Assembly (NCBI RefSeq): GCF_001194135.2
Contig: NC_068986.1
Location: 44,765,462 to 44,829,461, forward strand
Direction: 5' to 3'
DNA: 64,000 bases
DNA from: Octopus bimaculoides
Lineage: Eukaryota
Shown here: positions 34,911 to 47,908 of the stretch, piece after piece
Position numbering within the stretch: position 1 is the stretch's first letter
Layout of the letters: every line of letters starts with the position of its first letter
The notes under the pieces: generated by a model
Told to the model about the DNA's origin: nothing
The model's input: the letters and a program-made list of their open reading frames with translations, nothing else
The model's database searches: none
Translations under genes and position numbers: made by a program

Positions 34911-36280
34911 TTGGTAAAATTAATTTGCCTTAGGGCATTTGAGCTAACTTCCATGATGTTTTGGTTGTTGAACAAGGGATTTTGGTGCTTTCCAAACCAA
35001 CCCCCTTAATGTTGATTTGGCTCTCCGATTGGTTCTCACAGGTACATTTCAAGTCTGCTTCTGTGAAAGGAATTTGGAAGTCAGCTTCCTCGAAGATGAC
35101 TCCCACAGTTTGACAGTTGTTTCTCAACTCCATTGATGTGACAATATCTTTTTTATTTGCTTTGTTTTGTTTTGTTTTGTTTTTTCTGTTTACTAGCAGA
35201 AAGAGAAGCAAGCAAACAAAAGAGAATATAAAAAAATAATGAAGTTTTTTGTATTTTTAGCAGGAGTTACTGAACAGGAAATACTTCTGCGATGTCACAT
35301 TTCCAGAGTTTACCTGTCAATGTATTCTACATTGTTTCTCAAGGTACAGAGTTTGACTGTGGCTAAGCTATCAGCATCAAAAAAAATCCAAAACAAGGCA
35401 GAAAATAGTACCAAAGAACATGCGTTTTGCTTCTACAGTAAGGAGATTCTCCGAGTAGCTCTGAGAGAGTGAGACGAAGAAATAGACAGAGTTATAAGTA
35501 CAACTACTTTGTACTTAACTATTGTTAAAAAAAAATTGAAAATTATTGAATGAAAATTCACCCAAATCTTGAATTTAAATGACTTTATTCTTACAGCAAG
35601 AATTAATGAATATTCATCACAAATAGATATATACATGCTATAACACATGCAGCCAATATGACACTAACAAAATTCTTCTTGGTATGACTTTTGTTTTGTT
35701 TAATGGCAAGAAATTTTTAATGAAATGAAGTGAATATGAACATATAACAGATAACTTTCCTTCCAATATGAATAAGGAAAAATATGAAAATACAAATTAT
35801 ATTTCTGATGAGTACAACTGAAGGTTGAGATATAATTTGTTGTAAGTGGAACTTATTCTTCCTTTTACTGATTTATTATATACAGACTCACTTCTGAATT
35901 TTTATTTTATATATCATATACATGTGAATAGAATAACCTAATAATTTCTGACTTTCCAAACCATTAACAGAAACAGACAAAGACAAAAATCTTACTAAAT
36001 ATCAATGTATGCATGTATGTATGTATGTATGTATGTATGTATGTATGTATGCATGCATGCATGCATGTATGTATGTAAATATGTATATGTATGCATGTAT
36101 GTATGTATGTTTTTCTTTGAGATATACTCAAAAGTTTTTCTTAAGAGAGTTCTAGTTGGTCACTAACAAAGTGACAAAACGTTTTTGAGTTAAGACTGTT
36201 TCCTGGCTTTGTAAATATGTGGTTAAGTTGGTGTACACTTATATGTAGGTGTAAACAACTGCACTTAAGTTCTGTATAAC

Positions 36281-36316
<36 letters not shown>

Positions 36317-38491
36317 CTTTGGAGCGTCTTATTAATTATCATTGTGCTGCTGGTAGATTGGATTTTGAAGAATATGCATCATGTGTGCATGTATGTATGA
36401 TACAATATATATATACATATATATACATATGTATATATCAGAATTTTCACATAAATTAAGTAATTTTTTATCAAAAATAATAAATGCACTTGTTTTTCCA
36501 CTGATATCAAATAATTGTTAAATGATGCATAAAAATTCAAATTCAAAGTCCACCTGCTAAATGCAAACAATTCTCCACTGCAAACCAAAAATAACAAAAA
36601 GGCTATTCTGCCATTTAAATATATTTTATTAAGTTATTGGCTACTTGTACTTTACTTGATCATGAAAATAAGTGGCATAAGTGATTTTGCAGAATATCCT
36701 TGTATAACACATCGCCATTGGTTATCTTCATTTTCAAATGTGACTCAGTTAGTGTAGTGCTGGATTCTATGGAATAATTACAGTTTATATCCACAACAAA
36801 AGAAAAGAAATATTAATTATTCTTGATAAAATTTTGTCTCCTTAATCTTCATGTAAATGCACATATACATGAACACACAGACATATATATATGAATATAT
36901 ACACATGAACTCACTCATAAACTAATATATATGTACATACTCATACACAAAGTATTGTCTATATTACTGCTTGGGAAGAAGGTGGCTAGCTGGCAAAATT
37001 GTAAGTACACAAGACTAAATACTTAGCAACATTTCTTCCTACTTTATGTTATGAGTTCATATTACACCAACGTTGATTTTGCCTTTCGTCCCAGTCAAGC
37101 ACTGGGATTGATGTAATCAACTAGCACCTCTCCCAAAATCTCAGGCCTTGTGCCTTTGGTAGAGAGAATTATCTGTTGAAAAATAAAAAATGTTTTTTTA
37201 TAAATTTACTAGTAAATTTTTTAAATCAATATTGATTTGAGAGAAAAAATAATTTTGAAAGGCAAAATAGGTCCAAACTATGTAAGCATTGAAAAATGGA
37301 CACTAAAAGAATGATATAAAAAATTCCAAGGAAATTTGATATATTCTAATGCTGATTCTTACCCCGACCAAAAAAATATATTTTTTTTTAATTTTAAATA
37401 CTGATTTGTGTAAATTTTTGTTTACTTAAATTGATTTTATGAATCTAACTATTTGCATCAAGTATTTTTTACAAATAATTATCTTTGTTACAATTATTTG
37501 ACTACTCAACGTAGAGCAGGTCTGGAATAATTTTCATAACAAAGCAATTGATAAAAATCAGTGCATTGCAGCAGTAAATTTTCCCAACAATACAAGAGAC
37601 TATTTTCCAGTTTATAAAATTTGTAAATATGAAAGAGAACAAATATGTTTGAAGAAGGGTTCTTAAAATGCTTACATTTGTAGACATGACGGAACAAAGC
37701 TTAGAGATTCACTTGCAAAAAATAAGACAACAATAAATAATTATTCTTGTATTTCATTTGAAATTAAAATAGAAACTTGAGACAACAATATCACTATAAA
37801 ATAATATTTCACATTTATTTTTTTAAGAGAAATTGTACTGATATATATATGAATATATATATCATTAAGAGATAGTTATCTTTTTTCTTTCTTTTCTTTT
37901 TTTTTTTTTTTTTNNNNNNNNNNTTTTTTGAAAGATTCATTGTAATTGTTAATTTGTGTATTGATAAAGAAAATACATTTCATTGAAATAAAGTATCTAC
38001 CTTACTTGAACATTACTATTTCTATTTAATTCTAACAAGTCTAAATTTGTTTATTTAATGCAGATAAATTTCAGACTGAACTACTGATAGCTGCATATGC
38101 TGTATCTAGAAATGAAAAATAATTAATCCTATCAATGTGAGACATACTAATTACTATAAACATTTCTTCAGACTGCAACTACAAAGTTTGCAGTACTCTA
38201 GAAGTAATCAACAGGCTGATTTCTATGAATAGCCATAATAAGATATAAACCTTATTAGAGTTTTCTGGAAAAACAAAAGCTCATCTTCAGCTGGTTGGAT
38301 TGTTGCTCTCCTTTCAGATTTTCTAATGTCAAGGTACAAGTATGGCAGTGTTGTAAAGAATTCACTTCATAATTGTGTAGTTTTAGGTTCAGTCTCACTG
38401 CATGGCACCTTGAGCAAGTGTCTATTATTCTCTTGGGCTGGCCAAAGTCTAGCAAGTGAATTCGGTTGAAAAAAACTGTGAAAGAAACCCA

Positions 38492-38565
<74 letters not shown>

Positions 38566-38689
38566 TTTTATTTAATTCTAGCAAATCTAAATTTATTTAT
38601 TTAATGCTGATAAACTTCAGCCTGAACACTTGATAGCCATATATGCTGTATCTAGAAAGGAAAAATAATTAATCCCACCAGTGTAAGAC

Positions 38690-39880
38690 ATAGTCTTTTA
38701 GGCATTGTATAACATTAGAAACCAACTTAGATGTGAGACTAGATTTGGACACTGGTCCTCTACAAGCCTTCCACCTGTTCAATGAGCATACCTACATTAA
38801 CACATGGTCCTGCCATCTCGCTATAGTGTTAGAGAAGCTATTTAAAAGAGTGATCAGAAGGATCTTGAATCTATTATCTAGGGTGGAAATTTTTCATACA
38901 GTGGTCACTTTTACAAAAACTAAATGGTTTCAAGATAAGGTTGCTTGCACACCCAACCCAAACGCATCAGAAAGAAACAGCACAGCAAAGTTATTTGGTT
39001 TACAACCCCTTTCTCCCTAAATGTTTGGTCCAGTATATGTAAGGCCGTACTAAAGTTGGTTGATAAATGTTTTCTCTTATACATAGGTACAAAAATGTTT
39101 TTCTCCGTACAAAAAGTTATTTAATAGATGCTTACTTATGATTTCTTTCAGGTACATAGTCAATAGGAATCTTATCCATTCATGCAAACCCATCCATAGC
39201 ACTGAAGCCACTAGTAATGACACCACCACTTTCTCACTCAGTGGCTGCTGCAACACAGTGGGTGTTGCATATGAAGTGGAAGTCAGGTCCAGTGAGCCAA
39301 ACAATGCATCCAGTATAAAACACTATAACAGATTAATCTTTAAATGGCAGGAAAGGGCTGCATGAATGTATGTGCAAAATAGGCAAAAAAACAAAATTTA
39401 CTCTTTTCCTTAAGAATAATTTTAATACATATTTTCAGTTTAAACAAGTACAAAAACTATAATAATTGTTAGACTCTCACACAAAACTTACAATCACATT
39501 ATAGAAAAGAGCTGTAAAATATTCATTTTCCTTTGATAATGACCATGTCTCTGTAAATTTTTTTTAAGCATCAATTGATGACATATTCTGTTTTCTAAGG
39601 AAATATCACTTGATGATGTCCTCCTTTTAAAGACTAACAAAGAGCTTCTTGAAGAAATATATACACAATCACACCACATTATTCAGGTACTACAAGAAGT
39701 GGCACATCACTGTACTGGGCAAACATATATGGTATTTTTGAAGGAGAAGGCTTACTAACTATGACATTGGATGGAGACTATTAGAGAAATGCAAACTTTG
39801 TTACAACAGCACCAGAAGATGCAGATGGTGCTTAATGGAGACAGATACTGATGCTACTGTACATAGCAGCTGTTAACGTC
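38690..39880 (+). mobile_element. Penelope-like element remnant (RT C-terminus, linker, GIY-YIG region)
   Basis: across frames: LDVRLDLDTG...YINTWSCH...RRILNLLSRVEIF; KVIWFTTPFSLNV..SICKAVLKLVDKCF; LSGCC..GVAYEVEV; LGKHIWY...YDIGWRLLEK...RCRWCLME. Confidence 0.8.
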
Positions 39881-40559
39881 CAGGTTTTTTTTTTTAATTT
39901 TTTTTTTTACTTTTGCTGTGCTTGATCTTCTATCATACTGACCTGGTGATTACATCAGTGTTGCAGGGCACTGGATAGTGAACAAGTACAGACAATGATA
40001 GCAAAAGCAGCCCCTAATTTTCCTTGAAGAATGTGAGATTACAGCTTCAATCACAGGTACTGTTTCAGCTTGCAGTATCGTCTGAGAGACATCTTCTTTG
40101 GCAAGTTTCATGTTATGTTGTACAGACATAATGTGTGGGACATGTTTGAGATTAAAATTCCCCATATACTGTATCCTCAAACAGTTTCAAAATAGAGAAT
40201 AATTTATTCTTTCATTGCTTCACAAATAAGTTTCGATACATCCATATCAAATTAATCTTACATACTTTATCAGCATCTGTGTTAGTAATGAAGATGTAAC
40301 CATTTTATATGGCTGGCGAGAAGACAAATCTTGGTTGAATCATATTTGGACAGAACAACTGAAATTAGGATTATGATGAAGGGTTGCAATTCCTAGGCAA
40401 ATTATTGTAAGTTATCTCCCTTCAATTGGAATCTATAATTTTTTTTCTTTTATTTTTCTTTTCCGAAAATGCATGCGTGCATACATACATACATACATAC
40501 ATACATACATTGCATCGCCCAGACAACATCTGCTAAACAATAAAGTAATGAATACATTC

Positions 40560-40735
40560 AATACATACTCAGAAGTGAGGGCAACATCTTCAGAGTTGGA
40601 GGCTAGACTAGAGGAGAAGCAGGCATCATACCAGCATAAAGCAATGCATAAGTAAATATCTCGTAAACTAGAGGATAACAACAGTATTGGTAGGAAGGTA
40701 GCTTCTCCTGGACGAAGTTTAAAGTGAACAATTCA
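40560..40735 (+). mobile_element. R4/Dong-like LINE small fragment
   Basis: HKAMH*ISRKLED...LK, similar to the KPLHGKY region of the 19098-19406 ORF. Confidence 0.45.
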
Positions 40736-40763
40736 AAGTGTGTGGTGTGGTGGTGGTGGTGGT

Positions 40764-40815
<52 letters not shown>

Positions 40816-41140
40816 CGCGTGCGTGCGTGCGTGTGTATTCGATTACGGGCATAACCGTATTCTTATTGCAGATATATACCTGTAACAGGTTTCTTAGTTA
40901 TTCAATCATGGGCCCTTGGATGGTTACCTGGCCCACAGAATTTTGTCAAAGACATCGTCAACACTAACTTCTCCCTGTGTATTCGTCCAGAATAGATTTT
41001 CAACCTGGCATTAGATGAGAGTACAACGTGACAGTCCTGCAATATAAGTGGTGAAACAATGTCAATATACATCCCATGTTTGTTTCCCTTGATACGATCC
41101 TTCATAGAAGATAGATTGGCTTTGAACATTGTAACCGATT

Positions 41141-41211
<71 letters not shown>

Positions 41212-41289
41212 TGGCTGCGTCTCGTGTTTCCGAGCTTGCAATCCAGTTCACTTTCCTGGGTGTTTGAACCGCAGATGGCTCCGCAATCC

Positions 41290-42000
41290 AAGGGTTGCAT
41301 GAAACATACGGGGACATTGTGGACAAGGGATAGAAGTGGTTGGTTTGGGAAGGAGAAGGCGCTGCTTTCTCTCCCGTCTCTTGAGTTCAGCTCTTGCGAC
41401 TCGGGCTTTCTCGAAGTCCGCTGAACCCGTTTTGATGGTGTGTCTCNNNNNNNNNNNNNNNNNNNNNNNNNNNNNNNNNNNNNNNNNNNNNNNNNNNNNN
41501 NNNNNNNNNNNNCAAGAGGGCTCCACGAGGACGTTTTCCTTCAGACAGTTCACCGTAGAGACAGATCTTGGGAAGGCGGTGTTCATTCATCCGACGGACA
41601 GGCAGTGCAGAATAGATCACCTCTGAATCCTATTGTTATTAATAGCCTGCAATTATCGGGAATTACGTTTCACTATTTGAAGGACAAATCGATATTTTTC
41701 ATACTCCAGACAGTTCTTCCTCGATTAGACCACCATTCATATCCGTTCAGTGCGAATGTTCCCAAGTAAAAGTGATGACGTTTAAAGATTTAAAGTTGTC
41801 TTTTGTGAAATCAGGAAATATTTTTCTTGAATTGTGCCGGAGACACTTACCGAGAACTAATTCACCGTGGAATAATTGTTTCGGAAGCCTGGAATAATCA
41901 AAATGAATATGCCCAACACAATACATATGATACTTAATAAGACGAGCGTCGATCCTCAACAATCCGTCTTTTCCAACACTTTTTATGTCAGGTGGAGATT
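41290..42000 (-). mobile_element. RTE-type LINE 3' fragment(s)
   Basis: RMNEHRLPKICLYGEL..GKRPRG; C-terminal CPQCPRMFHATLGLRSH zinc finger. Confidence 0.8.
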
Positions 42001-42778
42001 CTATTTTATTGACTATCGCAGTCTGCAGGGTGATCTGCATTATATATATAAAACACATATGTATATGGTATATGAATAATACAAAACCACGTTAAAATAC
42101 AAATCCTAAACAATAGTCATGATTCTTCCATAATATAAGTTGTTACCTTAGAAAGACAAAGAAAATGGAAAAGGCAAGGAAAAAAGAAAAAAAAAGGGGG
42201 GGGGTATCAGTGCAGCACCAAGTGCTTCAATTGGTCGCAGACCATAAGGTTAAACGGAACCTATTGAAGCAAGCCAGCACGCTCGCAGCAATACCATGGG
42301 CGATGGCGAAGCTAAGGTGTTTGGAAAGCCTGACACCTCGGTGAGGCGAGCTGCCAATGTTGACGAGAATGTCGTCGTTAGTGACCCAGTCCCTTCAAAT
42401 GTGGTTTTGAGTTCAGTACCATTGCATGGCACATTGGGCAGGTGTCTTCAACGATAGTCCCAGGAGGACCAAAGCTTTGTCAGTGAATTTGGTAGATGCA
42501 CACTGTATATATCTGTGTGTGTTTGTGTGTGTGTGTGTGTGCCCCCTTGTGTTTGTGTTTGGCTCCCACCATCGCTTCACGACTGGTGTCGGCTTGTTTA
42601 CATCCCCAAGACCTAGCGGTTTGGCAAAATAAACCGATAGAATTAGTAGCATTCTGTTGGTCTCTTTTGCCGAACCACTTAGAGACAGAGATATAACAAA
42701 CCAATACCGATTGCTAAGCAGTGCTGGGGAACAAACACAAAACTAACACAAGGACACAGACACACGCATATATATATA

Positions 42779-43059
42779 TGTAAGGGACGACCGTGCGAAC
42801 TCATAAAAGGAGAAATGGTGACGAATGGAAAAACAGGACTCCTTTTATTTAAACGCGTCACACGGTCGAACACACAAATATATATCAAATGATGATATAT
42901 ATAATATGTTATGCGACGATAACATAGATGACCAGTAATGAAAGACCACAACCGTATTAGATGAATAACAGAGATATTTATTGTAGCGTTAAAGACGTAT
43001 GTCTGTGTGAGAGTGTGAATGCGACATATAAGAACATAATCAAAGACAGGCCGTCATAC
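42779..43059 (+). mobile_element. Solo-LTR-like repeat, left part (remainder in N gap)
   Basis: starts TGTAAG; near-identical to 53616-53902. Confidence 0.7.
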
Positions 43060-44035
43060 NNNNNNNNNNNNNNNNNNNNNNNNNNNNNNNNNNNNNNNNN
43101 NNNNNNNNNNNNNNNNNNNNNNNNNNNNNNNNNNNNNNNNNNNNNNNNNNNNNNNNNNNNNNNNNNNNNNNNNNNNNNNNNNNNNNNNNNNNNNNNNNNN
43201 NNNNNNNNNNNNNNNNNNNNNNNNNNNNNNNNNNNNNNNNNNNNNNNNNNNNNNNNNNNNNNNNNNNNNNNNNNNNNNNNNNNNNNNNNNNNNNNNNNNN
43301 NNNNNNNNNNNNNNNNNNNNNNNNNNNNNNNNNNNNNNNNNNNNNNNNNNNNNNNNNNNNNNNNNNNNNNNNNNNNNNNNNNNNNNNNNNNNNNNNNNNN
43401 NNNNNNNNNNNNNNNNNNNNNNNNNNNNNNNNNNNNNNNNNNNNNNNNNNNNNNNNNNNNNNNNNNNNNNNNNNNNNNNNNNNNNNNNNNNNNNNNNNNN
43501 NNNNNNNNNNNNNNNNNNNNNNNNNNNNNNNNNNNNNNNNNNNNNNNNNNNNNNNNNNNNNNNNNNNNNNNNNNNNNNNNNNNNNNNNNNNNNNNNNNNN
43601 NNNNNNNNNNNNNNNNNNNNNNNNNNNNNNNNNNNNNNNNNNNNNNNNNNNNNNNNNNNNNNNNNNNNNNNNNNNNNNNNNNNNNNNNNNNNNNNNNNNN
43701 NNNNNNNNNNNNNNNNNNNNNNNNNNNNNNNNNNNNNNNNNNNNNNNNNNNNNNNNNNNNNNNNNNNNNNNNNNNNNNNNNNNNNNNNNNNNNNNNNNNN
43801 NNNNNNNNNNNNNNNNNNNNNNNNNNNNNNNNNNNNNNNNNNNNNNNNNNNNNNNNNNNNNNNNNNNNNNNNNNNNNNNNNNNNNNNNNNNNNNNNNNNN
43901 NNNNNNNNNNNNNNNNNNNNNNNNNNNNNNNNNNNNNNNNNNNNNNNNNNNNNNNNNNNNNNNNNNNNNNNNNNNNNNNNNNNNNNNNNNNNNNNNNNNN
44001 NNNNNNNNNNNNNNNNNNNNNNNNNNNNNNNNNNN

Positions 44036-44797
44036 ATCTATAATATATGAGTATATGCATATATATGTACATGTGTGTACATACCTTCATCTACATGTAT
44101 ATATAGATGCATATCTGGGTACAGGACGTTGCAAAAAAAATGGACAAAATGATAAACAGGGTACAGAGAACACACACGCCACATAGAGAACATATATGTG
44201 TGTATGTGTAGGCGCAATGGCCGAGTGGTTAGGGCAGCGGACTCGCGGTCATAGGATCGCGGTTTCGATTCCCAGACCGGTCGTTGTGAGTGTTTATTGA
44301 GCGAAAACACCTAAAGCTCCACGAGGCTCCAGCAAGGGATGGTGGCGAACCCTGCTGTACTCTTTCACCACAACTTTCTCTCACTCTTACTTCCTGTTTC
44401 TGTTGTGCTGTATTTCAAAGAGCCAGCCTTGTCACACTGTGTCACGCTGAATATCCCCGAGAACTACGTTAAGGGTACACGTGTCTGTGGAGTGCTCAGC
44501 CACTTGCATGTTAATCTCACGAGCAGGCTGTTCCGTTGATTGGATCAACTGGAACCCTCGACGTCGTAAGCGACGGAGTGCCAACAACAACAACAATATA
44601 TATCGAAACGCCGGTGTTTTAATGGTGGCAGCTGATGAAGAAGATGTTTCTATGTGGCTTGCTTGTTTGTTGTACCTTGTTTATCATTTTGTCCATGTTC
44701 TTTTGCCACGTCATGTACCCAGTTTTGTATCTATATATACATGTAGATGAAGGTATATACATACATGTACATATATATGCATATACTCATATATTGT
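44036..44797. repeat. ~155-bp inverted repeat pair (44040-44195 / 44642-44797) enclosing a SINE
   Basis: arms are reverse complements with scattered mismatches. Confidence 0.85.
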
Positions 44798-44828
44798 TTA
44801 TATATATATATATACATACACACACGCG

Positions 44829-44860
<32 letters not shown>

Positions 44861-45699
44861 GAGAGAGACAGACAGACAGAAGGCGAGAGAGGGGGCGCTT
44901 CTAGATAGTCTTCGTTTATCAAATTCAATTGCAAGGTATTGTTCAGCCGGGGACTAGTGTAGAAAACACTCGCGCAAGGTGCCGCGCAGCGGGACTCAAC
45001 CCGAAACTTTGTAATTGCAAAGCGAGCTTTTTCACCATACAGCTATGCCTGCACTCACGCGCGCGCGCGTAGACAGTCTTTCTCTTTCTCTCTCACGCAC
45101 GCACTCACGAGTGCGCACTCACACGCGCGCGCACGCACACACACACACGCACACACACTCATACACATACTCTCACACACACACGAATCTGACGCTAACT
45201 GTTGTTGTCCAACCCCGAGTCAACTCCAATCCAGCAAGCCGATGATCAAAATCATTCCGTTCATTTTTTATTTTGACATAACATATCCCGGACTACATTA
45301 TTAAACGTATCCTTTAAATCCTTTAAACAAAAATAAGATAAAATAAAAGATAGTAAGGGCGTGACATAAGGGAGATTTCGGCTTTAAAAAAGACGTGATG
45401 GTCACATTTGAAACGCTTTAAAAAAGACTGAATGGTCACAATTGGAATGCAGTAAAACAGGTAGGATGGTGACGGTAGAAACGCTTTTGAAGAAAGATTA
45501 ATCTAATGCACTATTTTCTATTTAAAAAAAAAATTAATTCCAGACGCTAAACTAGGAAAATACATGTGTGTGTGTGTCTGTATGTGTGTGTGCGCGCGTG
45601 CGTGCGTTTATAGTAGACATTGCTTTTAAAAGGAAATATGGCCGAGAAAAAAAGCGGTGCCTTACGAACGAAGTTCCTTGCAAATATTTGGCCATCGTA

Positions 45700-46050
45700 T
45701 TTTACAGACTGACATTTTTCTTGTCACTATTGGGTGATCCGTTCGCGAGAAAGCTGTGTAACTAGCGACGACGCTATTGTTAACGAATTGCTATAGAAAG
45801 CAAAACTAACTGTGAAACGGGAGTAAATCGAGAAGAGGGAGGGGGGGGGAAGTAATTTTGTTGTTGATAACATAAGACAGATAAAGTAATAATAACAGCA
45901 ACAACAAAGGCGAACGGGTGGACTGGATATGAAAATGCCACCAAACAACCCCCATTATTGGTAAGAGTGAAAAAGTCAAAAACCCTTTCCCCCCCCCTCC
46001 CGTCCATCAATATCCGCTGCTGTCAGTCATCTCGTCGCATTATGGTGAGT
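45700..46050 (+). promoter_or_regulatory. Candidate promoter/first exon ending ATG|GTGAGT
   Basis: CpG-retaining unique sequence, purine/pyrimidine tracts, ATG 46042-46044 followed directly by consensus donor GTGAGT. Confidence 0.4.
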
Positions 46051-46934
46051 TTTTATCTGATGTCGCTAATGCAGCTTTGAATATTTTCACGAGTTATTTC
46101 CCTTTACCTTTCCGCATTGAAGTGATTTACTTTCTTGTTTTCTCTGAAAACGTGAACAGTCTTTTCTATACTAGGCACAAGGCCCGAAATTTAGGGGGGA
46201 GGGGGTCAGTCGATTAGATCGACTCCAGTACGCAACTGGTACTTAATTTATCGACCCCGAAAGAATAAAAGACATGGTCGACCTCGGCGGAATTTGAACT
46301 CAGAACGTATACCAATTTAACTTTTATCTTTATTTACTTCAGTCATTGGACTGCGGCCATGCTGTAGCCTTGAATAGCTTAGTTGAACGCATCGACCCCA
46401 CTTCTTATATATTCTTTTATTCTTTCACTTGTTTCAGCCATTTGACTGCGGCCATGCTAGAGCAGCGCATTTAGTCGAACAAATCGACCCCAGGACTGGA
46501 GTTGACTTGTTCGATAAACCCTTCAAAGCAGTGCCCCAGCATGGCCTCAATATGGTGTACATAATGATTATGTCAGACCTTGTTTTCTCACAACTTTCAG
46601 AAAAAAAAAGCCTAGTAGTACTTATTCTGTCGGTATCTTTTTGCTGAACCGCTAAGTTACGGTTGTCAAGCAATGGACGAGGGGACAAACACAGGCATAC
46701 AAATATATACACGACTGGCTTCTTTCAGTTTCCATCTACCATATTCACTCACAAGGCTTTGGTCAGCCCAAGGCTATAGTAGAAGACACTTGCCCAAGGT
46801 GCCACGCAATAGGACAAAACCTGGAAACTATGTGGTTGGGAAGCAAGCTCCTTACCACACAGCCACGCTTGCGCCTATATATATATATTATTATTATTGT
46901 TATTATTATTATTATTATTATTATCATTATTATT

Positions 46935-47484
46935 ATTGAGTGAGAGAGCAATGCATACCATCAAAGCGATACTGGGGTAAAATATACGAAGCCCAGTATA
47001 CCCTTCATGACTACCCGTCTGATAAGGGTACACCAGGTACATGCATCATATTACATGCGCATGACATGGTGATCTCATATCAAGGTAAACAGCGCATGAC
47101 CTCGCAGGTAGGGCCCAGTTAGAATTTTCTTCAGGTCGAGTAGCCCATCCTGCTCAAAAGGCCCCTGAATAAGGTTTGTTTAAGGATGTTGAGCAAAACA
47201 CCCATGTTTCCAAAAGTAAATTATTCAAACCCCAAAGAATTCCTCTCAACACATGGCTATGATGCTCCCCCACTACTTCTGCTCTTGATCAGAGATGCAC
47301 ATATCGTCAGCCACCAAGGGACATGCTCAACTGGTTAAGGTCAAACAACTGACAAGCAAATCTGTGGTATTAAGCAGAATATTTGCTGTAGCCCATCTTT
47401 TATACCAAGACAAAACAATGTTCATAACACTTCCAATCATTTAAGATCAGCCATAAGAGCCACTGCTTGGTACTGCATCAGGGC

Positions 47485-47487
<3 letters not shown>
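46935..47487. mobile_element. Non-coding interspersed repeat embedded in a (TTA)n microsatellite
   Basis: ~550 bp of higher-GC non-coding sequence with pure (TTA)n on both sides; family not assigned. Confidence 0.5.
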
Positions 47488-47541
<54 letters not shown>

Positions 47542-47877
47542 AATGTACATTGAAAACAGTCTTATTTTAGGTTGTCACCTATCCCAACATACATTTTATA
47601 CATACAAAATAACACTTGAAATTTTGTAAAAAATTTTAAGATGACGTCAGTGTGTATGCAAGTATCTTTTAAGGAGGCCATGCTGGGGCACCACTTTGAA
47701 GGGTTTATTGAACGTGTAAATTCCAGGACTTTTTGTAAGCCTTAGAACCTATTCTCTCGTTCTCTTTTGCCAAACGACTCAGTTATGGGGACATAGACAA
47801 ACTAAACCGGTTATCAAGCAGTGGTGAGGACAAAGGCATACATACATTGTTTATGCACGTATATATACAGAGAGGTG

Positions 47878-47908
<31 letters not shown>

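Noticed and set aside
34676-35211. Two overlapping minus-strand ORFs antisense to the last exon
   Set aside because: They begin or end in (AAAAC)n/poly-A low-complexity runs, need a frameshift to join, and show no recognisable motif or linked exons
35795-35845. Hairpin containing TGATGA and CTGA (C/D box or hammerhead-like)
   Set aside because: Too short for a snoRNA; no GAAA core or stem II
39995-40065. Possible hammerhead at the 3' end of the Penelope remnant
   Set aside because: At least three core substitutions needed; position is suggestive but the sequence is unsupported
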